From a bacterium (GTDB lineage: Bacteria > Bacteroidota > Bacteroidia > Flavobacteriales > Schleiferiaceae), in contig WGMI01000030.1 of NCBI GenBank assembly GCA_016125155.1, positions 2,079 to 66,078 of the forward strand: DNA of 64,000 nt, read 5' to 3'. Both the position numbers and the translations under genes were made by a program. Positions 56,701-62,599 of this stretch are shown here, piece by piece (positions within the stretch are counted from its first letter, which is position 1; every line of letters starts with the position of its first letter). The notes beneath the pieces are model-generated. The model ran no database searches. It had not been told where the DNA came from and saw only the letters and a list, made by a program, of their open reading frames with translations.

Positions 56701-56828
56701 GCCGCAGTACTGAATTGGGTCCCTCGATCGCCCAATGCATAGGTTGCGGTTGTGTTGACCTGAGCGCGCAAAACAAAGCTCAATCCGCTAAAAGAGAGCG
56801 CAATAAAAGCCAAATACCAGTTTCTCAT
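47790..56828 (-). CDS. Giant (~3012 aa) multidomain secreted protein: T9SS cargo with 10 FN3-like, 7 MAM-like, 2 GDGW and 4 PKD-like modules plus a C-terminal sorting domain
   Basis: Start set at MRNWYLAFIALSFSGLSFVLRAQ (ATG 56828). Repeated unit: CP.P..L......A.L.WT.GGA..W..EYGP.GF..G.GT.V....NPF...GL.P.T.Y.FYVRDSCG.G.VS.W.GP (FN3-like). It is followed by D.CW.R...FFWG...NTGPS.DHT.G.G.Y.Y.ES......A.L.SP.I.L....PELRFWYHMYG..IG.L.VE...G.GW...W.L.GQQQ....PW.EA......GDT...RF...R.GG..D.AIDD (MAM-like). See the sub-features. Confidence 0.9.
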   Translation of the reverse strand: MRNWYLAFIALSFSGLSFVLRAQVNTTATYALGDRGTQFSTAAAISTSLESSCGDTLSVTIPAGNVVTSVSVNYAMTAGGAGWMSEQRSYLECVTTGQKEASVTAGVGNSAGTMTYSRTGLTVANGVSATGVLKFYLHPFRTFNTAGGCTTSINKLDNNWSVTVTHIPPPTCLFPSAPQVLNIGPTSATLTWTSGGASQWQIEYGAPGFTPGTGTLLNVPSNPFLLTGLNPNTQYSFIVRDSCAPGDVSIWTNAVGFRTTCLPVLAPFVQNFSGTSWVSGSGFSNGGDAIDACYTRNPGGNPAGGFTGSYFWGIQSATTNTFNTGPSADHTTGTGKYLYVESSLGQVGNSANFVTIPVDLVPLNVPELRFWYHMYGTNIGTLNVEVNGGAGWQNVWSLTGAQQTSEAAPWLEAIVPLPTFADDTVRVRFSTTRLGGFGDIGIDDISLQEAPTCPQPNNFSALSVGAVDANLDWTPGVANFWNVQYGPPGFALGAGTVVTATTHPFVLPGLTPNTDYQVYVRDSCGVGDVSVWVGPISFRTNCLPVSVPYFEPFTSSVWVSGTGTNNAGDAIDPCWRRTPGAQSGFAGAFFWGTKAGAPGTFNTGPSVDHTTATTAGKYIYLESTFGTVGATAEILSPLIDLGSLTQPEVRFWYHMYGFSMGTMELAINNGSGWTNLWSLAGQQQTSAGAPWLEAIVALTAYAGDTVQFRFRGVRNGGQGDGAVDDFRVDSAPTCFSPTAFSAVSVGSTAATLGWTTGGATQWNVSFGAPGVGAGGGAVVSASVNPFTLTGLTPNTAYEAWVRDSCAPGDVSQWTGPVLFTTTCLPFAAPYNQNFDGNLWTAGTGGNNQNDAIDPCWTRSPGTQTGFPSSFFWGTALGITQSFNTGPAVDHTLGTNQGKYIFTEATNAAGTTATITSPQIDLGPLNVPELRFWYHMYGTNIGTLTVEADNGSGWTPVWSLTGQQQTTESAPWLEAVVPMAAFVDDTVRIRFSTNRLGGFGDVSIDDVALLEAPACPQPSGLTVVSTSANSGVLSWTTGGASTWVFSYGAPGFAPGSGVQVPILTNPGTLSGLSPGTTYQVYVKDSCTGGSSAWVGPVTLVTTCIPSIAPYFENFDGSDWVTGTGTNNLNDVINPCWSRNPGAPSGTAGVFFWGTRTGQTPSINTGPSGDHTNGTGQYVYVESTFGASGTTAQLLSPQISLVPLATPELRFWYHMYGGLTGTVSVEANNGSGWISIWTLSGQQQASLTAPWLEAIVPLSAYSGDTVQFRITGTRLGGTGDAAIDDFRVDNAPTCPAPSMLSITAQTDVSVTLAWVSGGSPNALIEYGPPGFAPGTGTFVPATGTSAVVSGLTPATTYEFYVRDSCGLNDVSFAIGPVVATTYSCSNGCLFTLNLTDTFGDGWSGTGAFHRVELVVNGGLPQPFTLPAGNNISYQVYLCQDDPIQLNFFNGGAWVNECGLTLVDPFGTTVYQLSPGGTPPAVLYTDSADCGQNLSCIPPINATVVSVGSNNSTVSWDPLGTPFSQIEYGPTGFALGSGTLIANAVSPQLITGLAPNTAYQFYVRDSCGVGNTSTWTGPISFTTLCAVVSTPYTENFDNGLWTLGTTFGAGTIDPCWNRNQTTPYWWKGNTGVTPSNNTGPSSDHTTGSGSYAYTETVNTPATSTLLTSPLISLVGLTAPELRFWYHMYGAQIGSLTVEVSNDNGASWNNITTLSGQQQTSVNAPWLESVQALSSYVGDTIQIRFVASRLAGANNQVDIAIDDIGVANAPSCPAPTALTTTAISATSIQVGWTTGGATNWQIEYGFPGFAPGTGTLVNATANPFTVTGLSPSASYHFYVRDSCGIGVVSAWAGPVNGSTLCGVATAPFAENFDQDFLEGTGNDNLGSTIDACWFRSDTAGYHWGGGQGTTPTGNTGPPADHTTGFGNYVYAEASFTTPGQSTLLESPSVNLTGLVNPELMFWYHMYGANLGKLMIDVYNGTTWTNGYDSIVGNQGNQWIEYQKILAGFVGQTVKIRLTAFTGTTPTQLGDIAIDDFSLAEGPSCLYPTNLSVTTSTANSVTLAWTTGGASNWQVEYGPVGFVPGTGTLVSAGSNPFVVNGLSASQSYDFYVRDSCGVGNVSQWEGPTQGSTACGTVLTPYFENFESGFDEGTGTNNVGSTINPCWTRTPATGFHWGGGQGTVPTGGTGPTNDHTFGTAAGHYVYAESSGSVTNATAALETPSIDLTPLTYPELRVWVSMNGNTIGKYRMDVFDGTQWDLAVDSVVGDQGNAWFERVVNLSDYDNMTIKVRFISVAGTAPTQFGDIAIDDLLIHDGPSCNEPTALALVGGTDSTLVVGWTSGGASNWQIEYGPTGFAPGTGTLVNASSNPFTISGLMATTTYDVYVRDSCGAGDVSTWLGPISATTLNCASSCSFSLQLTDNFGDGWISTGGNFHQLQIAVNGGAPTNYTLAAGTLQTFPLQFCDGDFVALSFVNAGVWSNECGIQLFDGSGGLLYQRVPGANINTGALYSDTLNCPQLACPDPTALAVVSTGLNNATVSWTPGAGGTSSIQFGPTGFVLGTGILIPNVTSPYSINGLNQNTTYQFYVQTQCGPGNSSTWVGPVSFTTQSCTPPVASFTYTLSGTTISVDGSASTGAFFDWDFGGLGGSFQPTANFAFGAEGTYAITLINSNACGGFDTLTQMVDVCTPIAAGFTHASTFLSTAFDATPSTGVPTSYTWYYGNGATGSGLNPTYAYPNAGTYNVVLAISNACGFTDSITQAVQVCDTIAANFTYTFSGTSFAFDGNISGPDVASYLWYFGDGSTDTVAQPNYTYTVSGNYDVSLVVVNACGYRDSISVPIVVCVKPKAAWTFTVVQSGPGGMDVQFDASTSLGATSYAWYFGDGGTNFTSGYPLHTYPVPGFFWQVTLIVYNQCGDSDTLTSTLASIGTDDPGSGSASVEVYPVPADDVLWMHWISPSASAVRWELYDALGKSCMKGQWDNRDKIEQALDVSHLAPGVYTLELESGSTRTSRRVLIR
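47793..48032 (-). other. T9SS (Por) C-terminal sorting domain of the giant protein
   Basis: The last ~80 aa read SVEVYPVPADDVLWMHW...VRWELYDALGKSCMKG......LDVSHLAPGVYTLELESGSTRTSRRVLIR. This is the typical 'YPNP..., L.D..G., L..G.Y...i' CTD pattern. Confidence 0.75.
48075..49010 (-). repeat. Four tandem PKD-like domains (coordinates approximate)
   Basis: A ~78-aa unit occurs four times: F....G....FD.S.S.G...Y.W.FGDG.......P.Y.Y...G.Y.V.L...N.CG..D.. Confidence 0.7.
49284..49625 (-). other. GDGW module copy 2 (~114 aa Cys-framed insert)
   Basis: LNCASSCSFSLQLTDNFGDGWISTGGNFHQLQIAVNGGAPTNYTLAAGTLQTFPLQFCDGDFVALSFVNAGVWSNECGIQLFDGSGGLLYQ...LYSDTLNC. Confidence 0.7.
52353..52691 (-). other. GDGW module copy 1 (~113 aa Cys-framed insert)
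   Basis: YSCSNGCLFTLNLTDTFGDGWSGTGAFHRVELVVNGGLPQPFTLPAGNNISYQVYLCQDDPIQLNFFNGGAWVNECGLTLVDPFGTTVYQ...LYTDSADC. Confidence 0.7.
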
Positions 56829-57054
56829 CGCAGCTAGGGGGGGGTTACAACCAAACGAAAATAGTGTCCCAACCAGAACTTTGGGTCTTCCGATATCGAT
56901 GGTCGCGTAAAAAGCGACTTTCAATGAGTTATGAAGCTTGTGATTCCCATGGGGCAATTCGTTTTAACAAACTAATTATGAGGCTCGTAAAGAACTCCTC
57001 GAGGCTTACCCAATGCGCTTTAACTTCGCCCCAATCCCTTTATTCTCCCGAGTT

Positions 57055-57702
57055 ATGCGCGGATTTCGATCGATGTTCCAGTTGTTCCTGTTGGGTTCAG
57101 GGCTGCTCGAAGCACAGAGCATCGGTTTGTTAAAATACCGCGGTGGGGGCGATTGGTACGCCAACCCTACGGCTTTGAGTAACTTGATCGACTATTGCAA
57201 CCAAAACTTGGGCACCCAATTGGACGCTGAACCGGTTACAGTCGAACCGTCTTCGAACGAGCTCTTTGCCCAGCCTTTTGTCCATATGACCGGACACGGC
57301 AACGTGGTGTTTTCAGACATGGAATTGGACCAATTGCAGCGTTGGTTGGATGGAGGCGGCTTTTTACACATCGACGACAACTATGGTATGGATCCATTTA
57401 TTCGACCCTATTTGGAGCGCCTGTTCGATGACAGTCCGCTGGAAAGAATCCCTCCGGATCACCCTATTTTTACAAAGCCCTTTTCTTTTCCCGACGGTCT
57501 CCCCAAAGTCCACGAGCACAACAACCGGGCTCCTGAAGCTTGGGGGATTTTTCGAAATGGCCGATTGGTCCTTATGTACAGTTTTGAATCAGACCTCGGC
57601 GATGGATGGGAAGACGCCGGGGTGCACAACGATCCGGAAGAGCTCAGAGAACAAGCGCTGAGAATGGGTGCCAATTTGGTCTGGTGGGCTTTTGTCCGCT
57701 GA
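57055..57702 (+). CDS. DUF4159-family protein
   Basis: Start set at MRGFRSMFQLFLLGSGLL (signal-like). LKYRGGGDWYANPTALSNL..FVHMTGHGNVVFSD.E...L..WL..GGFLHIDDNYG. The family name is from memory. Confidence 0.65.
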   Translation: MRGFRSMFQLFLLGSGLLEAQSIGLLKYRGGGDWYANPTALSNLIDYCNQNLGTQLDAEPVTVEPSSNELFAQPFVHMTGHGNVVFSDMELDQLQRWLDGGGFLHIDDNYGMDPFIRPYLERLFDDSPLERIPPDHPIFTKPFSFPDGLPKVHEHNNRAPEAWGIFRNGRLVLMYSFESDLGDGWEDAGVHNDPEELREQALRMGANLVWWAFVR

Positions 57703-57747
57703 ATAAACACTGTAGAACAGAGGAGTGTAAATTGGACTTTTTCGCTT

Positions 57748-58911
57748 TTAGGCTTTGCGTTGTGCCCGTTCCCACACCGCCGATTGACGCTTGTTCAACC
57801 ACCGGTAAAAGCCAGCAATAACCGCATAGTTCATAAAGCAGAAATAAAAGGGAACATAGCCAATGCCCTTCTTCCCTTTTTGGGCATCCAACCAACCCTT
57901 GGCTGCCAAAACATAGAAGCCCCCTTGCCCGATTAGAAGCCCTAGGTATAAGTTGCCTTGGGACGCCAGAAAGGCATTCAGCACCAGGAGCAAGGGGAGG
58001 GCGAAAGCGGCAATCGACCAGCGCAACACCCGGTGCGAAACATACATCCAACTCAACAAGGGTTGCCGAAGTGGATTGAGTATAAAACCCAACCGAGACA
58101 TGGCTTGCCATCCCCCCGCCGCAATCCGAACTTTTCTCTTGAATTCTTCAGAAAAGTGGGCTGAAGACGACTCCATAGCGTAGGCCTCGGGTTCGTACAA
58201 AAAGCGATATCCCTTTTGGGCAATGCGCATAGATTGAACGAAGTCGTCGAGAATGGTGTCCTCCTCAAGCGGTTCAAACAAATCCGTTCGAAAACTCACC
58301 AATTCACCGGCCGCACCGACAAGACTCCATAGCTCTGAATCCCAGCGCTTTAATGTGCTTTCATACTTCCAATACAACCCTTCTCCTTCTGCTTCTGTCG
58401 TTCCATCCATCTTGACCCGCTTTTCTCCGGAGACCCCTCCCACTTTGGGATCTTGATAGTGGCGAACCAATCGCTTGATCGATTCTGGATTGAGCCAAGT
58501 GTTGGCATCGCAAAACACCACGTAGGGCGTTTGAATGAATTGCATGGCTCGATTTTCGGCCGCACTCTTCCCGGCGCGCACAGGTTGGTGCAGACTGACG
58601 ACATCCGATTGCGCCCGGAGGTACTCTTGGCTCCCATCGGTCGATCCATCGGTGATAAACACCACCGTGAGCCGATCGCTAGGATAGTCCAATTGTCTGG
58701 TATTCTGAAGCTTTTCAGCCAACACAGACTTCTCGTTGTAGCAAGGAATCACCAAGGTAACCGAAGGCCATGGATCAGGGTCTTGAGGAACGCCTGATGA
58801 GCGAAAAATCCGCTTGATTCGGATCGCGACAAACAGGACCACGCCGTACCCCAAATAGGTATAGCCCACCAACCCCACCAACACCCAAAAAAGTCCGCTC
58901 GAGTAGATCAT
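57748..58911 (-). CDS. Membrane-embedded family 2 glycosyltransferase (synthase-like, TM segments at both ends)
   Basis: Start set at MIYSSGLFWVLVGLVGYTYLGYGVVLF (ATG 58911, forming an ATGA overlap with the upstream stop). VTLVIPCYNEKSVL..VVFITDGSTDGS..FCDANT (DxD-type). Several C-terminal TM helices. Confidence 0.8.
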   Translation of the reverse strand: MIYSSGLFWVLVGLVGYTYLGYGVVLFVAIRIKRIFRSSGVPQDPDPWPSVTLVIPCYNEKSVLAEKLQNTRQLDYPSDRLTVVFITDGSTDGSQEYLRAQSDVVSLHQPVRAGKSAAENRAMQFIQTPYVVFCDANTWLNPESIKRLVRHYQDPKVGGVSGEKRVKMDGTTEAEGEGLYWKYESTLKRWDSELWSLVGAAGELVSFRTDLFEPLEEDTILDDFVQSMRIAQKGYRFLYEPEAYAMESSSAHFSEEFKRKVRIAAGGWQAMSRLGFILNPLRQPLLSWMYVSHRVLRWSIAAFALPLLLVLNAFLASQGNLYLGLLIGQGGFYVLAAKGWLDAQKGKKGIGYVPFYFCFMNYAVIAGFYRWLNKRQSAVWERAQRKA

Positions 58912-59750
58912 CGTTCCTTTTGAGGGCTGAAATAGTGCAGAAAATAGCGCATTTGAAGAGCGAACCGCTTCCAAAAGGCATTCCATAGGCTTCCGTCCAA
59001 CTCCGTGCGCCTCATGCTGGTCCAAATTTGACCGTGTACGGAACGCACCATGCGCACCGCACCGAGCTTGCCCAATTCAAACGCCAAAGTTCCGTCGGAA
59101 CCGCGCACTACGTTGACATCATAGCCCCCAACCTGCACGGCCAAATCCTTCGGGAATCCCATCCCCGCCCCTCCACAATTCAAATGAGGACGCTTAAAAT
59201 CCTTGATCCAAATACCTACGTATTTCAGCCATTGGTATACCATCAAACCCAATGGATATCGGCCGTCTTGGGTAAAAAAAGCATGGAGCGCATACGTGCA
59301 GGCTATTTGGGGTTTATCGAGGGCTTTTACCATGGTTTCTACCCATAGTTCGGGGTACACTGTATCGGCATCGGCAGAGAGAATAAACCGTCCTCTGGCT
59401 TCAACCACCCCTCTTTGCCGAGCCCATGCATAGCCCTGATTGGATTCGGAGACATATCGAGCCCCTAAAGCGCGAATGGTCTCGGCCGTTCGATCGGCCG
59501 AATTGTTGTCTACCACAATGATCTCCATAGGATAGCGAGAACGCTGTTGCGACAAACTGCTCAAGGCGGCCACAATGTTGCGCTCTTCATTCCAGGCAAT
59601 CATGCAGACAGAAACAACCGGGGCCTCCGATTGCAATTGCCGCAATCGCGCTCGAATGCCCTCCAATTCTTCTTTTTGAACATCGGCAATGGTCTTGCCG
59701 AAATAATTCAAATGAGACTGAACCGAACGACTGGGTTTAAATCGCAGCAT
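58908..59750 (-). CDS. Family 2 glycosyltransferase
   Basis: VSVCMIAWNEERNI..IIVVDNNSADRT..ILSADADTVYPE. Confidence 0.8.
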   Translation of the reverse strand: MLRFKPSRSVQSHLNYFGKTIADVQKEELEGIRARLRQLQSEAPVVSVCMIAWNEERNIVAALSSLSQQRSRYPMEIIVVDNNSADRTAETIRALGARYVSESNQGYAWARQRGVVEARGRFILSADADTVYPELWVETMVKALDKPQIACTYALHAFFTQDGRYPLGLMVYQWLKYVGIWIKDFKRPHLNCGGAGMGFPKDLAVQVGGYDVNVVRGSDGTLAFELGKLGAVRMVRSVHGQIWTSMRRTELDGSLWNAFWKRFALQMRYFLHYFSPQKER

Positions 59751-60882
59751 CGTAAACTTCTTTGTAGTGCTCGAGCACGCTTTTCGCCATACGTTTCCGA
59801 CTAAAGAATTCTACTCGTTTCAAACCCATTGTTCTCATGCGATGTCGCTCGTCGGGATCGTTCAAAACGGTCCGCAACCCGCGCTTCATATCTTCGATAT
59901 CATCAGGATTGACATAATGGGCAGCCTCCATTCCAATTTCCGGCATGGACGAAGTATTTGAACAAATCACCGGACAACCACTGGCCATGCCTTCAAGAAT
60001 AGGAATCCCGAAGCTTTCTCGCTTAGAAGGATAATACAAGGCTTCGGCCAGATTCAATACAACAGGCAAATCTCGATTGTCCAGATACCCCGTGAAATGA
60101 AGGCGGCCTTCCAATAGACGACGCTGCTCCAACCCAAACCATAGAATTAAAACGGAAGGATCCAAATCACCTAAAACCAGCGTTATACGTGAATCTAAAT
60201 CGGGCAATACACTCAAAAAACTCTCTATGGCCATGCGGGTATTCTTCTTGGGATCTGTATTGCCCAACATCAACACAAAGCGATCGGGAAGTCCATATCG
60301 CTTTCGTACCTCCATTTTAACCTTTTCCTCCTTGACTACTCCAAAATGAGCGCCTACTGAATTGTAGACCACTTTGACTTTCGATAGATCTAGAAAGGGA
60401 AATAAACGGGCAAAACTGGACGCTTCAAACTGAGAAACAGTGAGAATTCTCTTGGCCTTATTCAAAACACTCCGGACGATCACGCGTCGATAGTAATTTC
60501 CGAAGCGCTGATAACTCGTATACCCCTTTGCCAAAAGAGGATGCGTTTCAAAATAAATGAGATCATGAACTGTGACAAGCAGCGGAACAGTAGTATTCAA
60601 GGGCGCCGTATTGGCGGTGCAATGGAGCACGTCTATTCTATATTTCTCGATCAACTTTGGCAATGTCCATTGTTCCCACCATGCATACATTCCTTTGCGC
60701 ACAATAACAGTAAAGTTGTCTGCTTTCGGTATGCGGTCCAGTTCTTCGCCTGAATTGACAAAGATGAAATATTCATTGTCGTGGTCTATCTCTTGAAGTC
60801 CTTGAATCAATTCCAGCGCAACGAAATCCATACCGTGCTTTTGCCGGCGTCCTAGTCTTTGTGCTTCGATACCAATCCTCAT
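59737..60882 (-). CDS. Family 4 (GT-B, 'glycosyl transferases group 1') glycosyltransferase
   Basis: Start set at MRIGIEAQRL. C-terminal PSKRESFGIPILEGMASGCPVICSNTSSMPEI (the EX7E region). Confidence 0.8.
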   Translation of the reverse strand: MRIGIEAQRLGRRQKHGMDFVALELIQGLQEIDHDNEYFIFVNSGEELDRIPKADNFTVIVRKGMYAWWEQWTLPKLIEKYRIDVLHCTANTAPLNTTVPLLVTVHDLIYFETHPLLAKGYTSYQRFGNYYRRVIVRSVLNKAKRILTVSQFEASSFARLFPFLDLSKVKVVYNSVGAHFGVVKEEKVKMEVRKRYGLPDRFVLMLGNTDPKKNTRMAIESFLSVLPDLDSRITLVLGDLDPSVLILWFGLEQRRLLEGRLHFTGYLDNRDLPVVLNLAEALYYPSKRESFGIPILEGMASGCPVICSNTSSMPEIGMEAAHYVNPDDIEDMKRGLRTVLNDPDERHRMRTMGLKRVEFFSRKRMAKSVLEHYKEVYDAAI

Positions 60883-60887
60883 AATAA

Positions 60888-61766
60888 TTAGTGTATTATA
60901 TTCCAATAAACACCCTTGAGGAAGGCCCCGGCAAGGGCGAATTCACCCTTGACTAAGTATACAATGAGTCCTTTGGGTACACTGACAAAACAAAAAAACA
61001 GCATGGAAATCAATCGCTCTTTAAAGGGAAAATTTCTCCGTGCATAGAGCAATCGATTGCGGGTCATATAATAAATTTTCAACGAACTCATCTTCCCGAC
61101 TGAAACCGACTCCTTGTGGTGAACCAGCGAAGTACCAACATAAATAACCTGATAACCCGATCGAACAATGCGGCTACACCAATCCAATTCCTCGTAGTAC
61201 AGAAAGTAATCGTCGGACATCGTCCCGACCGTCTCTATGACCTCTCTGGAAACCACCATGGCTGCTCCATGAATGAAGGCCGTAGGTCGAACATCCAAAT
61301 ATTGTCCGACATCTTTTTGGCGAAACCCTATGGTTGCATTGCGGATGGTAAACGGACTCATGGGAGTACTTCCCGCATATTGAATCAAACCAGGTTCGCC
61401 GAAATAATGGATGCGCGGACTCACCATCCCTACCTTCGGAAATTCCTCAAACGCTTTGATTAAAGGCTCGAGAAAATCCGGTTCAACTTCGACGTCATTA
61501 TTGATGAACAATACATAGGCACCTGAGCAAAAAGGCAAACCGTAATTATTCCCCCCGGCAAAGCCCAAATTTTTTCCCGTTAAGAGCAGCCGAATTTCTG
61601 AAAAGGACTCTGACAACCAGCGACAGTCTTCCCGAGATCCATTGTCTACGACAACAATTTCTATGTTGGGGTACCGAATTCTGCGCAGCGAACGCAACAA
61701 ATCGGCCGTAACTGCGGCCTGATTGTAGTTCACTGTCAGAATACTGACCAAGGGCGCATCTGACAA
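60888..61766 (-). CDS. Family 2 glycosyltransferase (rhamnosyltransferase-like)
   Basis: VSILTVNYNQAAVT..IVVVDNGSREDC..GFAGGNNYG..LFINNDVEV..EELDWCSR. Confidence 0.8.
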   Translation of the reverse strand: MSDAPLVSILTVNYNQAAVTADLLRSLRRIRYPNIEIVVVDNGSREDCRWLSESFSEIRLLLTGKNLGFAGGNNYGLPFCSGAYVLFINNDVEVEPDFLEPLIKAFEEFPKVGMVSPRIHYFGEPGLIQYAGSTPMSPFTIRNATIGFRQKDVGQYLDVRPTAFIHGAAMVVSREVIETVGTMSDDYFLYYEELDWCSRIVRSGYQVIYVGTSLVHHKESVSVGKMSSLKIYYMTRNRLLYARRNFPFKERLISMLFFCFVSVPKGLIVYLVKGEFALAGAFLKGVYWNIIH

Positions 61767-61837
61767 GGCTTTATGGGGGCTTTATCCGGCCAAAAGTAGT
61801 ACTTTCGGCTTGCCCTATGAATCGAGGCACTGTGAAT

Positions 61838-62599
61838 ATGCGTTATTTTATTTCTCTTCTTGTCGCAGGGCTGTCTGCGGCTTCCATCCTCGCACAGAAC
61901 CATCAAAACGCTCCCCTGCTCGAATTGGGGAAAAAGCCCATGGGCACCCTTGAAAAAGACATCGATGGGTGGATGTTGAGTTTGGATGGCCAATGGATGC
62001 GTGCAGACAACACCTTGCTGATTCGCGCCAACGCCCGAGACGAAAAAGCTTTTGAGAACAAAGACGCCCGTTTGGGGCTCGACAACATCGAGCGTTTGGA
62101 GATACGCGAGGCTTTTTGGGGAACGCACCGAATTTTTTGCTTGACCAAGTTCATCCAAGAAGGAAGCTATCGATACACCCAGCGGCAAAGCGGGTGGCAA
62201 GACCGCACCGATGCGTGGTACTGCCTGATTGATCCCGCCGATCTCGACCAACTGGCCATGATCGACGACACCTTGATGCACAAACTCGACATTCGGCTAC
62301 TCGATGCGGGCTGGCTTCGCAATACCAAACCGAGTGATTCCAAAGAAGCCTTAGAAGCCCGAGCGCGTCCCAATACCCGATTTGAGCGCACCCTCACCTT
62401 GTATGTAAAGTACAGTAGCGATCGACAAAAAGTACGCTACTATCTCGTGTCACTTCATCCTGTTTTTGGGCAGCCCGAAGGAGTACGAAAGGACTTTCAG
62501 ATCAATGGAGAAAGTCTAAACGGCCAAGACGAACTGTTCCAATTGTGCCATTACGAAAGTCCAACTTCCGAATTCCAAAAGGTATTTCCTCTTAAGTAG
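61838..62599 (+). CDS. Secreted hypothetical protein
   Basis: Start set at MRYFISLLVAGLSAASILAQ (signal peptide). No family recognised. Confidence 0.5.
   Translation: MRYFISLLVAGLSAASILAQNHQNAPLLELGKKPMGTLEKDIDGWMLSLDGQWMRADNTLLIRANARDEKAFENKDARLGLDNIERLEIREAFWGTHRIFCLTKFIQEGSYRYTQRQSGWQDRTDAWYCLIDPADLDQLAMIDDTLMHKLDIRLLDAGWLRNTKPSDSKEALEARARPNTRFERTLTLYVKYSSDRQKVRYYLVSLHPVFGQPEGVRKDFQINGESLNGQDELFQLCHYESPTSEFQKVFPLK

Noticed and set aside
47790-56957. The upstream extensions of several track ORFs (47790..56957, 27396..29894, 29648..30916, 36566..38230, 32558..34576, 5636..8266, 892..1788, 43248..44528)
   Set aside because: In each case an internal Met is followed by a clear signal peptide, lipobox or conserved N-terminus, and the extension overlaps a neighbouring gene or looks non-coding. 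I trimmed the starts accordingly, and they remain predictions.
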